Below are positions 15,900-25,924 of a stretch of 37,874 nt of DNA, piece after piece. Made by a program: the position numbers and the translations under genes. The DNA is from Lentisphaeria bacterium (GTDB lineage: Bacteria > Verrucomicrobiota > Lentisphaeria > JABSQK01 > JAWLHB01). Below the pieces are notes generated by a model. The model was not told the origin of the DNA. It did not search any database and worked only from the letters and a program-made list of their open reading frames with translations. The stretch lies in the NCBI GenBank assembly GCA_041690595.1, contig JAWLHB010000015.1, positions 124,001 to 161,874 of the forward strand. Reading direction: 5' to 3'. Position 1 is the first letter of the stretch, and every line of letters starts with the position of its first letter.

Positions 15900-17030
15900 T
15901 CAGTTGCCGGGGATTGGCGGCGGAGCGCCGGCACCGGCCGGAGGCGGGGGAGGTGTCGCAAAGAGTCCTTGAATCTCGGTGATTTCGCCGGCAGCCGTCC
16001 ACTGCGCCATGCCCTGACGCCAGACCAAGGTATCCCGGGAAAGCTGTCCAGCCTCGATCTGCCGGCGCAATGCCTGCTGGTCGAAGGGGCCGGCCTGCTG
16101 GCCGTTGACGACGACATAGAAGGTGACCGGTAGCGGAATGGGAGGCGGAGCAGAGTGGGGCGGCGGTTGCTGGAAGCTCTGGGCCATCTGATTGCCCATG
16201 GCCATTCCCATGCCTGCGCCAAGTCCGGCGCCCGCCATGCCACCGGCCATGCCGTCGCTCTCCGCCATTTTCGGCAGGGATTCGGCCATCTGGTACTGCG
16301 TGTAGGCATTGAGGTTGCCCAGGACACCCATGCTGCTGCGCTTGTCGAGGGCTTCTTCCACCGCCGGAGGCAGGGAGATGTTTTCGACCAGAAACTTCGT
16401 GACCTCGAGTCCGTACTCGCCGTACTCGCTGCTCAACTTCTCATGAACAAAGGTGCTGAGTTCGTTGTAGTTGCTCGCCAGGTCCAGCGCTGGAATCCTG
16501 CTCTCGCCCAGGATGTCGCTGAAGCGGGTGATGATCATGTTGCGCAACTGATCGCTGATTTCGTTGGAGGAGAACTCCCCGTCCGTTCCGACCACTTCGC
16601 GGATGAAGGTCGCAGGATCGCTGACCTGCACTTCGTAGGTGCCGAAGGCGCGCAGCCGGATCGGCCCGAACTCCGCATCCCGCAGCATGATCGGGTTCTT
16701 CGTCCCCCATTTCAGGTCCGTGAAGCGACGGGTGGCAACAAAGAAGACTTCCGCCTTGAAGGGGCTCTCGAAGCCATACTTCCACGACTTGAGACTGGTC
16801 AGTATCGGCAAATTCCGCGTGGTCAGTTCATGGGTGCCAGGCCGGAAGACATCCGCCAGCTCCCCTTCATTGACAAAGACCGCCACCTGACCTTCGCGCA
16901 CAATCAGCTTGGCGCCGTTCTTGATCTCGTTACCATGGCGCTCGAAGCGATAAACCATGATCTCCCGATCGTCATCAGTCCAGCTGATGATGTCGATCAA
17001 CTGATTGCGCAGCTTGTCCCACAGGCCCAT
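15900..17030 (-). CDS. SPFH (band 7) domain protein, YdjI-like, with C-terminal GYF_2/DUF4339 domain
   Basis: 'LIVREGQVAVFV.EG..DVF.PG.H.L.T.NLP', 'SPFKAEVFF', 'KWGT.NPI', 'LRAFGTY', Gly/Met-rich linker, then 'NGQQAGPF...TLVWRQGMAQW'. Confidence 0.9.
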   Translation of the reverse strand: MGLWDKLRNQLIDIISWTDDDREIMVYRFERHGNEIKNGAKLIVREGQVAVFVNEGELADVFRPGTHELTTRNLPILTSLKSWKYGFESPFKAEVFFVATRRFTDLKWGTKNPIMLRDAEFGPIRLRAFGTYEVQVSDPATFIREVVGTDGEFSSNEISDQLRNMIITRFSDILGESRIPALDLASNYNELSTFVHEKLSSEYGEYGLEVTKFLVENISLPPAVEEALDKRSSMGVLGNLNAYTQYQMAESLPKMAESDGMAGGMAGAGLGAGMGMAMGNQMAQSFQQPPPHSAPPPIPLPVTFYVVVNGQQAGPFDQQALRRQIEAGQLSRDTLVWRQGMAQWTAAGEITEIQGLFATPPPPPAGAGAPPPIPGN

Positions 17031-17153
17031 CTGGTGATCTCCCATGTCGTTGGTGGTCGTTAGAATCCCAACGTATCGCACCCGTGTGGAAGTGCAACCG
17101 ACAGATCGCAATCTGGCGAGATCTTTCCTTCACGAAATCGCTGGGGAGATACC

Positions 17154-17182
17154 TTGACGCGGCAGATGCTGGTATGTATACT
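17154..17182 (+). promoter_or_regulatory. Sigma70-like promoter of the regulator-oxidoreductase-prepilin-DUF4838 operon
   Basis: TTGACG (17154-17159), 17-bp spacer, TATACT (17177-17182), ending 37 bp before the ATG at 17220. Confidence 0.7.
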
Positions 17183-17219
17183 ATGTCTACTTAAGAAACA
17201 AGCTATACACAGGTGCGAG

Positions 17220-18377
17220 ATGGAGCAGACGCGATACCTGCCGGTCTATCTGCAGATTGCCGAAGACGTCAAGAGCCAGATTCTGGCTCGCGACCTGGTG
17301 CCGGGTCAGGGGCTGCCAACCGAGAATGAGCTGGCGCGGGACTATCGCGTCGCGCGAGCGACCATGCGGCGGGCCCTGAGCGTACTCGAGCAGGAAGGGC
17401 TGATCATCCGCCGCAAGAGTGCCGGCACCAGCGTCGCCCCCGATGCCTTGCGCAACGGCGATCTGAAAGCCGATATCGCCCATGTCTCCCCGGTTTCCGC
17501 GGAATCGGTCGCCTATTCGCTGGATGTCCTTCAGGGGCAACACGATGTTGGTCTGGCCCTGCGCGACCTGGCACGCGGCGGCCACATGCTTCGCTTCGTC
17601 CCATGGAACAGCGAAGAACCCTGGTATGACATGAAGACCATTCTCTTTCACAAGGGGATCGACGGCTTCATCCTCTCCCGTCCCCGGGGCATGCTGGACT
17701 TCGTGAAGGAGATCGCCCAGGCTCGCCGCCCCCACGTGGCGCTGGAGACCCATGTCGATTGGCGCGGCGTCAATACCGTCATGCCGGATGATGAGGAAGC
17801 GGCCGCGCGGCTGGTTGGTCTGCTGCGGAGAGCGGGCTTTCAGCGGCTGGGCTTCGTGGCTGGCGCGTTGAAAGCGCCAGAGCTGGACTCCGGCTATCGA
17901 CGCCGTTGGCGCGGCTTCCTGAAAGGATGCAGCGCGCATGGGGTCGAGCTGGACGATCGCCATGTTCAGACTGCATTTCCGAATGAGCGACTCAATCCGA
18001 CCGACTACAGCTATCTCGATCGGCTCTGCCTGGAGCTGCTTTCGGGGGAGACGCTGCCGGAAGTCGTCATTCTTGCTCACGAACAGCTGGTTCCTCCGTT
18101 CTTTCGCGCCGCGGCAGAGCGGGGGCTGGAGATTCCACGAGAGCTCTCCATTGTGACGATCGCGACCGGAGCACGAGAGCCTTTCCTCGACAATGCGCCG
18201 CTGAATGTCGATCGTCTCTGTTGCCAGCCGGGAGACTTGGCGCGACGGGCGGTGGACGAATTGATGGCATGGCTGCGGGATCCCATGTATCGCCCCCGGC
18301 GCCATGCGCTGCCCCTGACCTACTCTGCCGGCGCCACCCTTTCCAGACCGCTTGCCATTCAAGCTGGAGATCTCTAA
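17220..18377 (+). CDS. Transcriptional regulator, GntR wHTH + LacI-type sensor domain
   Basis: 'PVYLQIAE...LPTENELA..Y.VARATMRRAL..LEQEGLI.R...AGT', followed by a periplasmic-binding-protein-like domain ('GIDGFIL', 'GLEIPRELSIV'). Confidence 0.92.
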   Translation: MEQTRYLPVYLQIAEDVKSQILARDLVPGQGLPTENELARDYRVARATMRRALSVLEQEGLIIRRKSAGTSVAPDALRNGDLKADIAHVSPVSAESVAYSLDVLQGQHDVGLALRDLARGGHMLRFVPWNSEEPWYDMKTILFHKGIDGFILSRPRGMLDFVKEIAQARRPHVALETHVDWRGVNTVMPDDEEAAARLVGLLRRAGFQRLGFVAGALKAPELDSGYRRRWRGFLKGCSAHGVELDDRHVQTAFPNERLNPTDYSYLDRLCLELLSGETLPEVVILAHEQLVPPFFRAAAERGLEIPRELSIVTIATGAREPFLDNAPLNVDRLCCQPGDLARRAVDELMAWLRDPMYRPRRHALPLTYSAGATLSRPLAIQAGDL

Positions 18378-19630
18378 TGCCTGTTCGATTCGGTGTGTTG
18401 AGTGCCCGCGCTCGCGGCGCCTACCTGGCGATGATCTTTCATCAGCATCCACGGGCGGAAGTCCTCGCCATTGCGGATCCCGATCCCACCGCTTTCGACG
18501 ATGGCCAGCCTCGTTACGATCGCGCCGGACTTACAGGCTTTCGCCGCTACAACGATTCTCTGGAGCTGATGGCCGCTGAAAAGGGAAATCTCGACTGGAT
18601 CATCATTGCCTCACCCGACCGTACCCACCATTCTCTGACGCTTGCCGCCTTGAGGCACGGCTACCACGTGCTGGTAGAAAAGCCCATGTGCCAGACTCTT
18701 GCCGAGGCCGAAGAGATTATCCGCGTCAGCGAGGAAACGGGGCAGCAGGTCGTCGTCGGCTGCGAATTGCGCTACGCGTCGCCCATGCAGCAGTTCCGAC
18801 GGCTGTTGCGGGAAGGGGCCATCGGGCGAATTCTGCATGGCTACTGCATCGATTCCGTCGAGCGCGGTTTCACCTATTACCTGCGTGACTATAGAAAGCG
18901 GCAATGGTCGGGCAGTCTGCTGTTGCAGAAGGGGGTGCACTCGCTCGATCTCATCAACGACTTTGTCGATTCACAGCCGGAACGCATTTATGCCGATGGG
19001 GGCAAGGATCTGTTCGGCCGGGATCCCGCCTGCGCCGGTCGCCACTGTCGCGATTGCGCGGAGCAGACCACCTGCCCATATTCCGCCTATCAGGTAAGCA
19101 GTTGGAACGGCAACTTCCTTGCCCGCGGCGAGCATGCCCGCGATCATTGCGTCTTTGATCCGGCCGCGGATGTCGAAGACAACACCATCATCCTCATCCG
19201 CTACGCAAATGGGATCCGCGTCTCGTACAACGAGCTTCATTTTGCGCCGGACTACAGGCGTGAGTTCCACTTTGTCGGCACCGACGGCAAGGCAAGCCTG
19301 GTGCTGGATCAGAGCAGGCGCGACGACGAGCCCGTGGAACTGCAGGAAGATGGAGGACGTGCCTCCATCACCATCACCCATCGCCACAAGAGCCCATGCA
19401 GCATCCCGGTGGAACGTTCCCAAGGCGGCCACTGGGGCGGCGACGAGCGCCTGCGGGATGCACTGGTGGAGGCGGCGCTGGCCGAACGGCGCATGCGGCC
19501 CGATGCGCGCGACGGCTGGGCCGCCCTTGCGATCTGCCACGGCGCCCACGAAAGCATGGCCAGCGGTCTGCCCATTACCATCAACCGCCAATCTGCTCAA
19601 TCCAAAACCCATGTGGAGGTGCTTCCATGA
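18377..19630 (+). CDS. Gfo/Idh/MocA family oxidoreductase
   Basis: 'IIASPDRTH', 'VLVEKPM', 'LRY', 'G.IGRI', '[10 protein letters not shown]' and 'GGHWGGD'. The start overlaps the previous stop (TAATG). Confidence 0.92.
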   Translation: MPVRFGVLSARARGAYLAMIFHQHPRAEVLAIADPDPTAFDDGQPRYDRAGLTGFRRYNDSLELMAAEKGNLDWIIIASPDRTHHSLTLAALRHGYHVLVEKPMCQTLAEAEEIIRVSEETGQQVVVGCELRYASPMQQFRRLLREGAIGRILHGYCIDSVERGFTYYLRDYRKRQWSGSLLLQKGVHSLDLINDFVDSQPERIYADGGKDLFGRDPACAGRHCRDCAEQTTCPYSAYQVSSWNGNFLARGEHARDHCVFDPAADVEDNTIILIRYANGIRVSYNELHFAPDYRREFHFVGTDGKASLVLDQSRRDDEPVELQEDGGRASITITHRHKSPCSIPVERSQGGHWGGDERLRDALVEAALAERRMRPDARDGWAALAICHGAHESMASGLPITINRQSAQSKTHVEVLP

Positions 19631-20295
19631 AGCGATCGAATCCTGTCAAGGGCAATTCCTTTACCCTTATTGAACTCCTGGTAGTCATCGCGATAATAGC
19701 CATTCTGGCCAGCATGCTGCTGCCGGCGCTGAGCAATGCGCGCGATCGCGCTCGCGGCACGGCCTGCCTCAACCAGCAGAAACAGGTTTACATGGCCAAG
19801 AACATGTATGCGGAGGATTTTGGCGACTTTCTGCCCCCGAATGGGAACAAAATCGCCGGCGTTCGCCAGTACTGGACGATGTACCTTGAGGGTACTTATC
19901 TCAACAATCTGGACATCGCGGTATGCGGCACTCTCTATCCCCAACGCTTCAATGTCGGCATGGGGGCCCGCTATGCTCAATCCTACGGTGGACTCGGGCG
20001 TCTCTTCCTCCAGCGGGAACGAATGCTCGAGAATTTCCGCTCGGGTTTCAAGAGTCAGAGCCAGTTCATCCTCTTTGCCGACACCATTTTCATAGCCGGT
20101 GATCCACCTCAGCAGTACTACTACTTCAACACCACCAACAGCGCCTCCCCCAGCCTCTATGTGCATGCGCGCCATGCCGGCAAGGCCAATGCCGCCATGC
20201 TCGACGGCAGCGCCATGGCCATGCGCCCTTCGCAGGTGCTCTCGCCCGAATACGGGCTCTACTGGGGCTTCAATCCGCATGTGGTCGAGCGATGA
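19627..20295 (+). CDS. Prepilin-type N-terminal cleavage/methylation protein with H-X9-DG motif
   Basis: '[32 protein letters not shown]...C.NQQKQ' and C-terminal '[13 protein letters not shown]'. GGAGG RBS and ATGA overlap. Confidence 0.95.
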   Translation: MKRSNPVKGNSFTLIELLVVIAIIAILASMLLPALSNARDRARGTACLNQQKQVYMAKNMYAEDFGDFLPPNGNKIAGVRQYWTMYLEGTYLNNLDIAVCGTLYPQRFNVGMGARYAQSYGGLGRLFLQRERMLENFRSGFKSQSQFILFADTIFIAGDPPQQYYYFNTTNSASPSLYVHARHAGKANAAMLDGSAMAMRPSQVLSPEYGLYWGFNPHVVER

Positions 20296-23117
20296 AAAGC
20301 CTCCTCACCATCATCGTGAGCTGCCTGGCAGCCGGCGCCATTGCCGACGCGCCTCTCGTTATCACCCCCCAGACTCCGGTGCATATCGTCACGGCGGCCA
20401 CGCCAACGCCAACCGCGGCACTGGCGGCCGAGGAGTTGCGGCGCGCCCTCCAGATCAGCCTTGGTTCCCAACCCATCCTTAACGGTAAGGATCGTCCAGA
20501 CGAGGCGGTCGTCTTCCATGTCGGCCCCGGGACGGGCGAGACGGGCATCGACACGACCGCGATGGCTTGGGATCACTTCCGCATGCGGCGTCAGGGCAAG
20601 CAGATCCATCTTATTGGTCGCGATGACGAACGGGACCCGCTGGAGCCGCATTTTCAGGCGCGCACGGGAACCCTCTATGCCGTCTACGCCTTCTTGCGGG
20701 AGTATGTTGGCATGCGTCGGCTCTGGGAGAGCGCGAGCGGCGAGATCATTCCCCGCCACGCGCAACTCGTCCTGCCTGCCTTCGATCTGGAAGAGGGGCC
20801 CGCCTTTCCGATACGCGGCTCGTACTATGGACACGGCCGCCTCTATGGGGGGGAAGCGCTGAAGACGCGGGTCAAGGTTGGTCGCTTCAATGGCATGGGC
20901 ACCTCCTTGATCGGCAGTGTCGGCCATGCCTCCGAGGTGGTCATGGGTGACAGGTATTTCGAGGAGCATCCCGAGTACTACGCGCTGGTCAACGGCGAGC
21001 GGCGCCCGATGGCATGGCTCGGCGGCCGGGGCAAGATCTGCCACTCCAATCCGGACGTCCCCGCCATCTTTGCCGCCTGGGGCGCCCAGAGCGATCAGGA
21101 TTACTTCTCGATTTCGCCAAACGACAGTTCCGGCTGGTGCGAATGTGACGACTGCCGGGCGCTCGACGGTCCGCAACCGGAAGACGGCATCCTCAACATC
21201 TCCGGCCGCATCTTCACCTTCGCCAATCGCGTGGCTCGTGAAGCTCGCAAGCTGGGCCTGGAATCCGTTCCCGCCATCTATGCCTACTCGGCCTTCCTGG
21301 AACCACCGGCGGAGATACCCACGCTCGAAGACAACCTCATGCTCTTCGTGGCTCGCGGTATCGCCTGGAATACCACCCCGTCCGAGGACCGTCATTTCCG
21401 ACAGCTGATCGACGCCTGGGGCAAGCGCACCTCGCGCTTCTGCCTCCGCGACTATCGCAACAATGCCATCCCCATGATCCTCTATCCCTATCCACGGCGC
21501 ATGGCCGCCGACATCCGCTACCTGGCGGACAGCTTCGACAACTTCATGGGCATCAGCGCCGCCGGCGACGACACGCGTGCCGCGGCGTTGTGGGGGCCCA
21601 CCGACTATGTCGCCTCCCGCCTGCTCTGGAATCCCGAACTCCAGGTCGAGAGCATCCTGGACGACTTCTATCGCTCCGGATGGCCCACTGCCCACCGCCG
21701 GATCCGCGCCTACTTCGACCTCTACGAGGATCGGGTCAACGATGTCATGGCCAGCGAAACGACCCGCCTCTGGCCATGGCGAGCCGGCGACAACCTTCTC
21801 CTGGCGCGCAAGATCTACACGCCGGAGATCATGCAACAGGGCAAACGCCTGCTCGAAGAGGCCAGTCAACTGGCCGCCAGCGACGACGAGCGGGTGCGCG
21901 TCGACTTCCTGAAGACGGGCTGGGAGGCCGTCATGATCGATCTGGAGTATTATGCGGCCCTGATGCGCGTGGTCGCCTCCGGCGATGGCATGCTCCAGAT
22001 CGTGCCCGAACCCGACCTCCATGGTGTCACCATCGATCGTGCCACCAAGATCCGCCTTCTCGACGACGCTCAGCGGGCCATCGATCGCCGTCAGAGCTTT
22101 CTGGAGAAGCATCGCGATCATGGCGGACTGCCCACCGCGGTTCTTGCCACACGCGATCTGCGCTTCACCTCAAGTTGGCATCGCACCGTCGCCGATCTGC
22201 GTAAGCTCTATCTGGAACATGGCGACAATACCACCATCTTTTCGGAGCCATGGCATTTCCAGATCGACCCGGAGGCGGTGGGTGCCGCGGAAGGATGGTG
22301 GAAAGAGGCGCATGACACCAGCACCTGGGACCGGATCTCCGGGAGCGACTTCTGGGAGAATCAGGGATACGGTGCCGACAGGTATCCCGCCACTCGCGGG
22401 TACAACGGCTGGGGCTGGTATGCGCGGGAGATCGTCCTGCCCGAGCGTGGCGACTATCAGGATATCATCCTGACACTAGGGGCTGTCGACGAGAGCTACG
22501 ACCTCTATGTCAACGGCACCCTCCTCAAGAGCTTCCGCTACGACAGCCTTCGCAACCCCGACAGTTGGCGTGAAGCTCAGCTCCTCTCCATTGCTTCCGC
22601 CGTACGCTGGGGAGCGACCAATCGGATCACGGTCGCCGTCCTGGACAAGTCCGGCAATGGCGGCATCTGGAAGACCTCCTATTGTTCGTTGATCGGCCCG
22701 AATCTGCTCTCCGATGAGATCTGGCGGACGCCGGGAGAGGGGCTCGACGTCACGGAAGCAGAGGAAGAGGGGGGGACTGTTTACCGCTTGACGGCTGCCG
22801 AGATCGGTCGCCTGCATGCCAGCCACCCGGTAACGCCCGGCAGCCGGTACACGATCGGCATGCAGGTGAAGTGTCTGAGCACCCAATCGAGCGCCCCGGT
22901 CTCCATTCGCGTGGTCTTCAAGAGCGCGGATGGCGCCACGGTCACGCCGGAGCACTACGTGGGTACGGGAACCAAGCCGGAGCAACTGTCGGCGGAGACC
23001 TGGACGAACCTGTCGCGCTCTTTCGCTGCTCCCCCCGGCGCGGTTTCGATGCAACTGACCCTCTTCTGGCGGCAGGGCACGTATCTCGCCCGCAATCTCC
23101 AACTCCAGCAGCTCTGA
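20292..23117 (+). CDS. Secreted DUF4838 domain protein with C-terminal sugar-binding/CBM-like domains (putative glycoside hydrolase)
   Basis: Signal peptide, '[10 protein letters not shown]....G.R', '[12 protein letters not shown]', '[16 protein letters not shown]', 'SRLLWNP', then a GH2-N-like domain 'WHFQIDP...WE.QG...YNGWGWY...LGAVDE...LYVNG'. Confidence 0.8.
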   Translation: MKSLLTIIVSCLAAGAIADAPLVITPQTPVHIVTAATPTPTAALAAEELRRALQISLGSQPILNGKDRPDEAVVFHVGPGTGETGIDTTAMAWDHFRMRRQGKQIHLIGRDDERDPLEPHFQARTGTLYAVYAFLREYVGMRRLWESASGEIIPRHAQLVLPAFDLEEGPAFPIRGSYYGHGRLYGGEALKTRVKVGRFNGMGTSLIGSVGHASEVVMGDRYFEEHPEYYALVNGERRPMAWLGGRGKICHSNPDVPAIFAAWGAQSDQDYFSISPNDSSGWCECDDCRALDGPQPEDGILNISGRIFTFANRVAREARKLGLESVPAIYAYSAFLEPPAEIPTLEDNLMLFVARGIAWNTTPSEDRHFRQLIDAWGKRTSRFCLRDYRNNAIPMILYPYPRRMAADIRYLADSFDNFMGISAAGDDTRAAALWGPTDYVASRLLWNPELQVESILDDFYRSGWPTAHRRIRAYFDLYEDRVNDVMASETTRLWPWRAGDNLLLARKIYTPEIMQQGKRLLEEASQLAASDDERVRVDFLKTGWEAVMIDLEYYAALMRVVASGDGMLQIVPEPDLHGVTIDRATKIRLLDDAQRAIDRRQSFLEKHRDHGGLPTAVLATRDLRFTSSWHRTVADLRKLYLEHGDNTTIFSEPWHFQIDPEAVGAAEGWWKEAHDTSTWDRISGSDFWENQGYGADRYPATRGYNGWGWYAREIVLPERGDYQDIILTLGAVDESYDLYVNGTLLKSFRYDSLRNPDSWREAQLLSIASAVRWGATNRITVAVLDKSGNGGIWKTSYCSLIGPNLLSDEIWRTPGEGLDVTEAEEEGGTVYRLTAAEIGRLHASHPVTPGSRYTIGMQVKCLSTQSSAPVSIRVVFKSADGATVTPEHYVGTGTKPEQLSAETWTNLSRSFAAPPGAVSMQLTLFWRQGTYLARNLQLQQL

Positions 23118-23225
23118 TCCGCTCCCTGTGTCGCGCAATCAGAGAAGAGTTCGCCTTGATAGTAGGGTGCTGGAGAGCTATGTTACGTGTTTGCCCCTTT
23201 TTCTGCCTTACCGAGGTTCTCGCTC

Positions 23226-25124
23226 ATGCCCGCCGATACTCCCGCCGACCTGTCCTTCGATGATTTTGCACTCTCCACCGAGGTCCAGGAAGGACTCCAG
23301 AAGGTGGGGTACGAATCGCCGTCGCCCATCCAGGCGCGAACCATTCCGGTCCTTCTCGAAGGGCGGGACGTCGTCGGACAGGCTCAGACAGGTACCGGCA
23401 AGACCGCCGCCTTTGCGTTGCCCATCATCAGCCGTCTGGATAAAGCGCAGCGGACACCACAGGTGCTGGTGCTGACGCCCACCCGTGAGCTTGCCATCCA
23501 GGTGGCGGAGGCGTTCAAGCGCTATGCGAGTGCCGTGCCGAACTTCCATGTCCTGCCCATCTACGGCGGTCAATCTTACGGCATTCAGCTGCGCCAGCTT
23601 CAGCGCAATCCACAAGTTATCGTCGGTACGCCGGGACGGGTCATGGACCACATCCGCCGAGGCACCCTCGTTCTCCAGGAGTTGCGCTGCCTGGTGCTCG
23701 ACGAAGCAGACGAAATGCTGCGCATGGGCTTCATCGACGATGTCGAATGGATCATGCAGCAGACGCCGGAGAAGCGGCAGGTCGCCCTCTTCTCGGCCAC
23801 CATGCCGAGCCAGATCCGCCGCATCGCTCAGCAGTACCTCAATGACCCCGTCGAGATCACCATTCAGATGGCATCCGCCACCGCGGATACCGTTCACCAG
23901 CGCTATTGGATGGTCAGCGGCGTGCACAAGCTGGACGCGTTGACGCGGATACTGGAAGCCGAGCCTTTCGATGCCGTCCTTGTCTTCGTGCGCACCAAGC
24001 TGGCCACCGTCACCCTTGCCGAGCGGCTGGAAGCGCGCGGATACGCCTGCGCGCCGCTCAGCGGCGATGTGCCGCAGAATATGCGGGAACGCACCATCGA
24101 ACGCTTTAAGGACGGTAGGCTGGATGTCGTCGTCGCCACCGATGTGGCCGCCCGCGGTCTGGACGTGGACCGGATCAGCCACGTCATCAATTACGATATT
24201 CCCTACGATGTGGAGGCCTACATCCACCGTATCGGCCGAACCGGCCGGGCCGGCCGCACTGGGGAAGCGATACTCTTCGTCGCGCCGCGCGAACGTCGCC
24301 TGCTACGCTCCATCGAACGCGGCGCTCGTCAACAGATCGAGATGATGCGACTGCCGACCACCGAGCAGATCAACGATACTCGCGTCGCTCGCTTCAAACA
24401 GCGCATCACGGATACCCTGGCGGAAGAGGAAGTTGGCTTCTACTTCGAGCTGGTGGAGCAGTATCGGCAAGAGCACAACGTGCCTGCCATAGAAATTGCC
24501 GCCGCTCTCGCCAAGCTGCTCCAGGGCGAGGATCCCCTTCTGCTTCAGAACAAGCCCGAGCCCGCCGGCTATGGCCACGGCCGCGATCGTGACGACGCAG
24601 ACGACTACCACAACCGTGACCGTAGCGACCGTGGCGACCGCGGCGCATTTCGCGACCGCGACCGCGGCGGTGATCGTGGCGGTGGCGGCGACCGTGACCG
24701 TGGCGGTGACCGTGGGCCCAAACCGGAGCGGCCCGTACGTGAGCGTGGCGCCACCTCGCCGGAATCGGGAATGGAGCGTTATCGCATCGAGCTTGGCCGC
24801 AACCAGGGCGTACAACCCGGTAACATTGTCGGCGCCATCGCCAATGAAGGACAGATCGATGGCGGACACATCGGCCGTATCGACATCTACGACGATTACA
24901 GTACGGTGGATCTGCCCGAAGGTATGCCCAAGGAAGTCCTTCTGGATCTCCAGAAAGCCCGCATCTCCAATCGCGAACTCAACATTTCCCGCGACCTCGG
25001 TGGCGCGTCCCCCAGGCCCCGCCGTGACAAGCCACGCAAGGATGACCGGCCGCCTGCCGCCGACAAGGGTAAGAAGCGGGACAAGAGCAAGGCCAAGCGC
25101 AAGAAGCCCCGCGACTCCAAGTAG
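23226..25124 (+). CDS. deaD: DEAD-box RNA helicase DeaD/CsdA
   Basis: Q motif, AQTGTGKT, PTRELA, TPGR, DEAD, SAT, ARGLD, HRIGRTGRAG, and the DbpA-type RNA-binding domain 'PGNIVGAIANE'. Confidence 0.97.
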   Translation: MPADTPADLSFDDFALSTEVQEGLQKVGYESPSPIQARTIPVLLEGRDVVGQAQTGTGKTAAFALPIISRLDKAQRTPQVLVLTPTRELAIQVAEAFKRYASAVPNFHVLPIYGGQSYGIQLRQLQRNPQVIVGTPGRVMDHIRRGTLVLQELRCLVLDEADEMLRMGFIDDVEWIMQQTPEKRQVALFSATMPSQIRRIAQQYLNDPVEITIQMASATADTVHQRYWMVSGVHKLDALTRILEAEPFDAVLVFVRTKLATVTLAERLEARGYACAPLSGDVPQNMRERTIERFKDGRLDVVVATDVAARGLDVDRISHVINYDIPYDVEAYIHRIGRTGRAGRTGEAILFVAPRERRLLRSIERGARQQIEMMRLPTTEQINDTRVARFKQRITDTLAEEEVGFYFELVEQYRQEHNVPAIEIAAALAKLLQGEDPLLLQNKPEPAGYGHGRDRDDADDYHNRDRSDRGDRGAFRDRDRGGDRGGGGDRDRGGDRGPKPERPVRERGATSPESGMERYRIELGRNQGVQPGNIVGAIANEGQIDGGHIGRIDIYDDYSTVDLPEGMPKEVLLDLQKARISNRELNISRDLGGASPRPRRDKPRKDDRPPAADKGKKRDKSKAKRKKPRDSK

Positions 25125-25166
25125 GTCGCCCTCCCGCGCCTTTTTGCTGCCTTTTCGCCCACAGGC

Positions 25167-25196
25167 TTGCTTTGCGGCATCCGCTTCTTCTATAGT
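25167..25196 (+). promoter_or_regulatory. Possible sigma70 promoter of sodN
   Basis: TTGCTT-18 bp-TATAGT, about 50 bp upstream of the ATG at 25249. Confidence 0.35.
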
Positions 25197-25248
25197 AGAA
25201 GCTTTAATGTCCAGAACAACGTCGTCACCACTTTCGGGAGTACTTTGC

Positions 25249-25731
25249 ATGCGTAGCTTCTTTCTCACCTTAACCATTGTCCTCGCCTCCCTGCTGCCGT
25301 TACGGTCAGCCAACGCCCACTGCGAAATCCCCTGCGGTGTCTACGGCGACCAGATGCGTATCGACATGATCCTCGAAGACGTCACCACCATCGAGAAGTC
25401 GATGAAGGCCATCACCGAACTCGGCAAGGAAGGCGATAAGAACTACAACCAGTTGGTACGCTGGATCACCAATAAGGAAGAGCATGCCAACAAGGTGCAG
25501 GCCATCGTCTACGACTATTTCATGAACCAGCGCATCAAGCCCCCGGAGACCACAGAAGGCGAGGTCTACACAAAGTACGTGCATGAGTTGAGCCTCCTGC
25601 ACCTGATCGCCGTCACTGCCATGAAGGCCAAGCAGACGACTGATCTTGCACACCTCAAGACCATCCGCGACGCTGTCGATGCCTTCAGCAAGAGCTACTT
25701 CCCGGATCAGGTGCACAATCACGCTCAGTGA
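25249..25731 (+). CDS. sodN: Nickel superoxide dismutase precursor with signal peptide
   Basis: Ni-hook HCEIPCGVY directly after a hydrophobic leader ending in ANA; also 'NQLVRWI.NKEEHA', 'DYFM.QRIKP' and 'MKAKQT'. Confidence 0.93.
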   Translation: MRSFFLTLTIVLASLLPLRSANAHCEIPCGVYGDQMRIDMILEDVTTIEKSMKAITELGKEGDKNYNQLVRWITNKEEHANKVQAIVYDYFMNQRIKPPETTEGEVYTKYVHELSLLHLIAVTAMKAKQTTDLAHLKTIRDAVDAFSKSYFPDQVHNHAQ

Positions 25732-25924
25732 GCGTTTTTACGGTCATCACTGGCCTGGTCGTTCATCGATGGAAAGCGCCCACGCGGAGGTTACCCTTCG
25801 ATGCCCCTCTGTCGTTTATGCTGTCTTTTGGCTGTGCTTGACGAAGCGAGATCAGGAAGTATGTTTCAGACAGTGTAAAGAAGTCTGACACTGTTTTAAA
25901 CTTGCAGGCGAGGAGGCGCGGAAT

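Noticed and set aside
20259..22121. Long antisense ORFs (620 aa here; also 7662-9182, 31113-33137, 27652-28923, 17187-18452)
   Set aside because: Shadow frames opposite well-supported genes, expected in high-GC DNA; no recognisable motifs.
24580..24720. GACCGTGGCGG-type short repeats within deaD
   Set aside because: They encode the usual Arg/Asp/Gly-rich disordered linker of DeaD helicases and are not a separate element.
24496..25248. 411-aa ORF suggesting a long N-terminal fusion to SodN
   Set aside because: The extension is an alternative frame of the deaD 3' end. The real start is the signal-peptide Met at 25249, with a GGGAG RBS.
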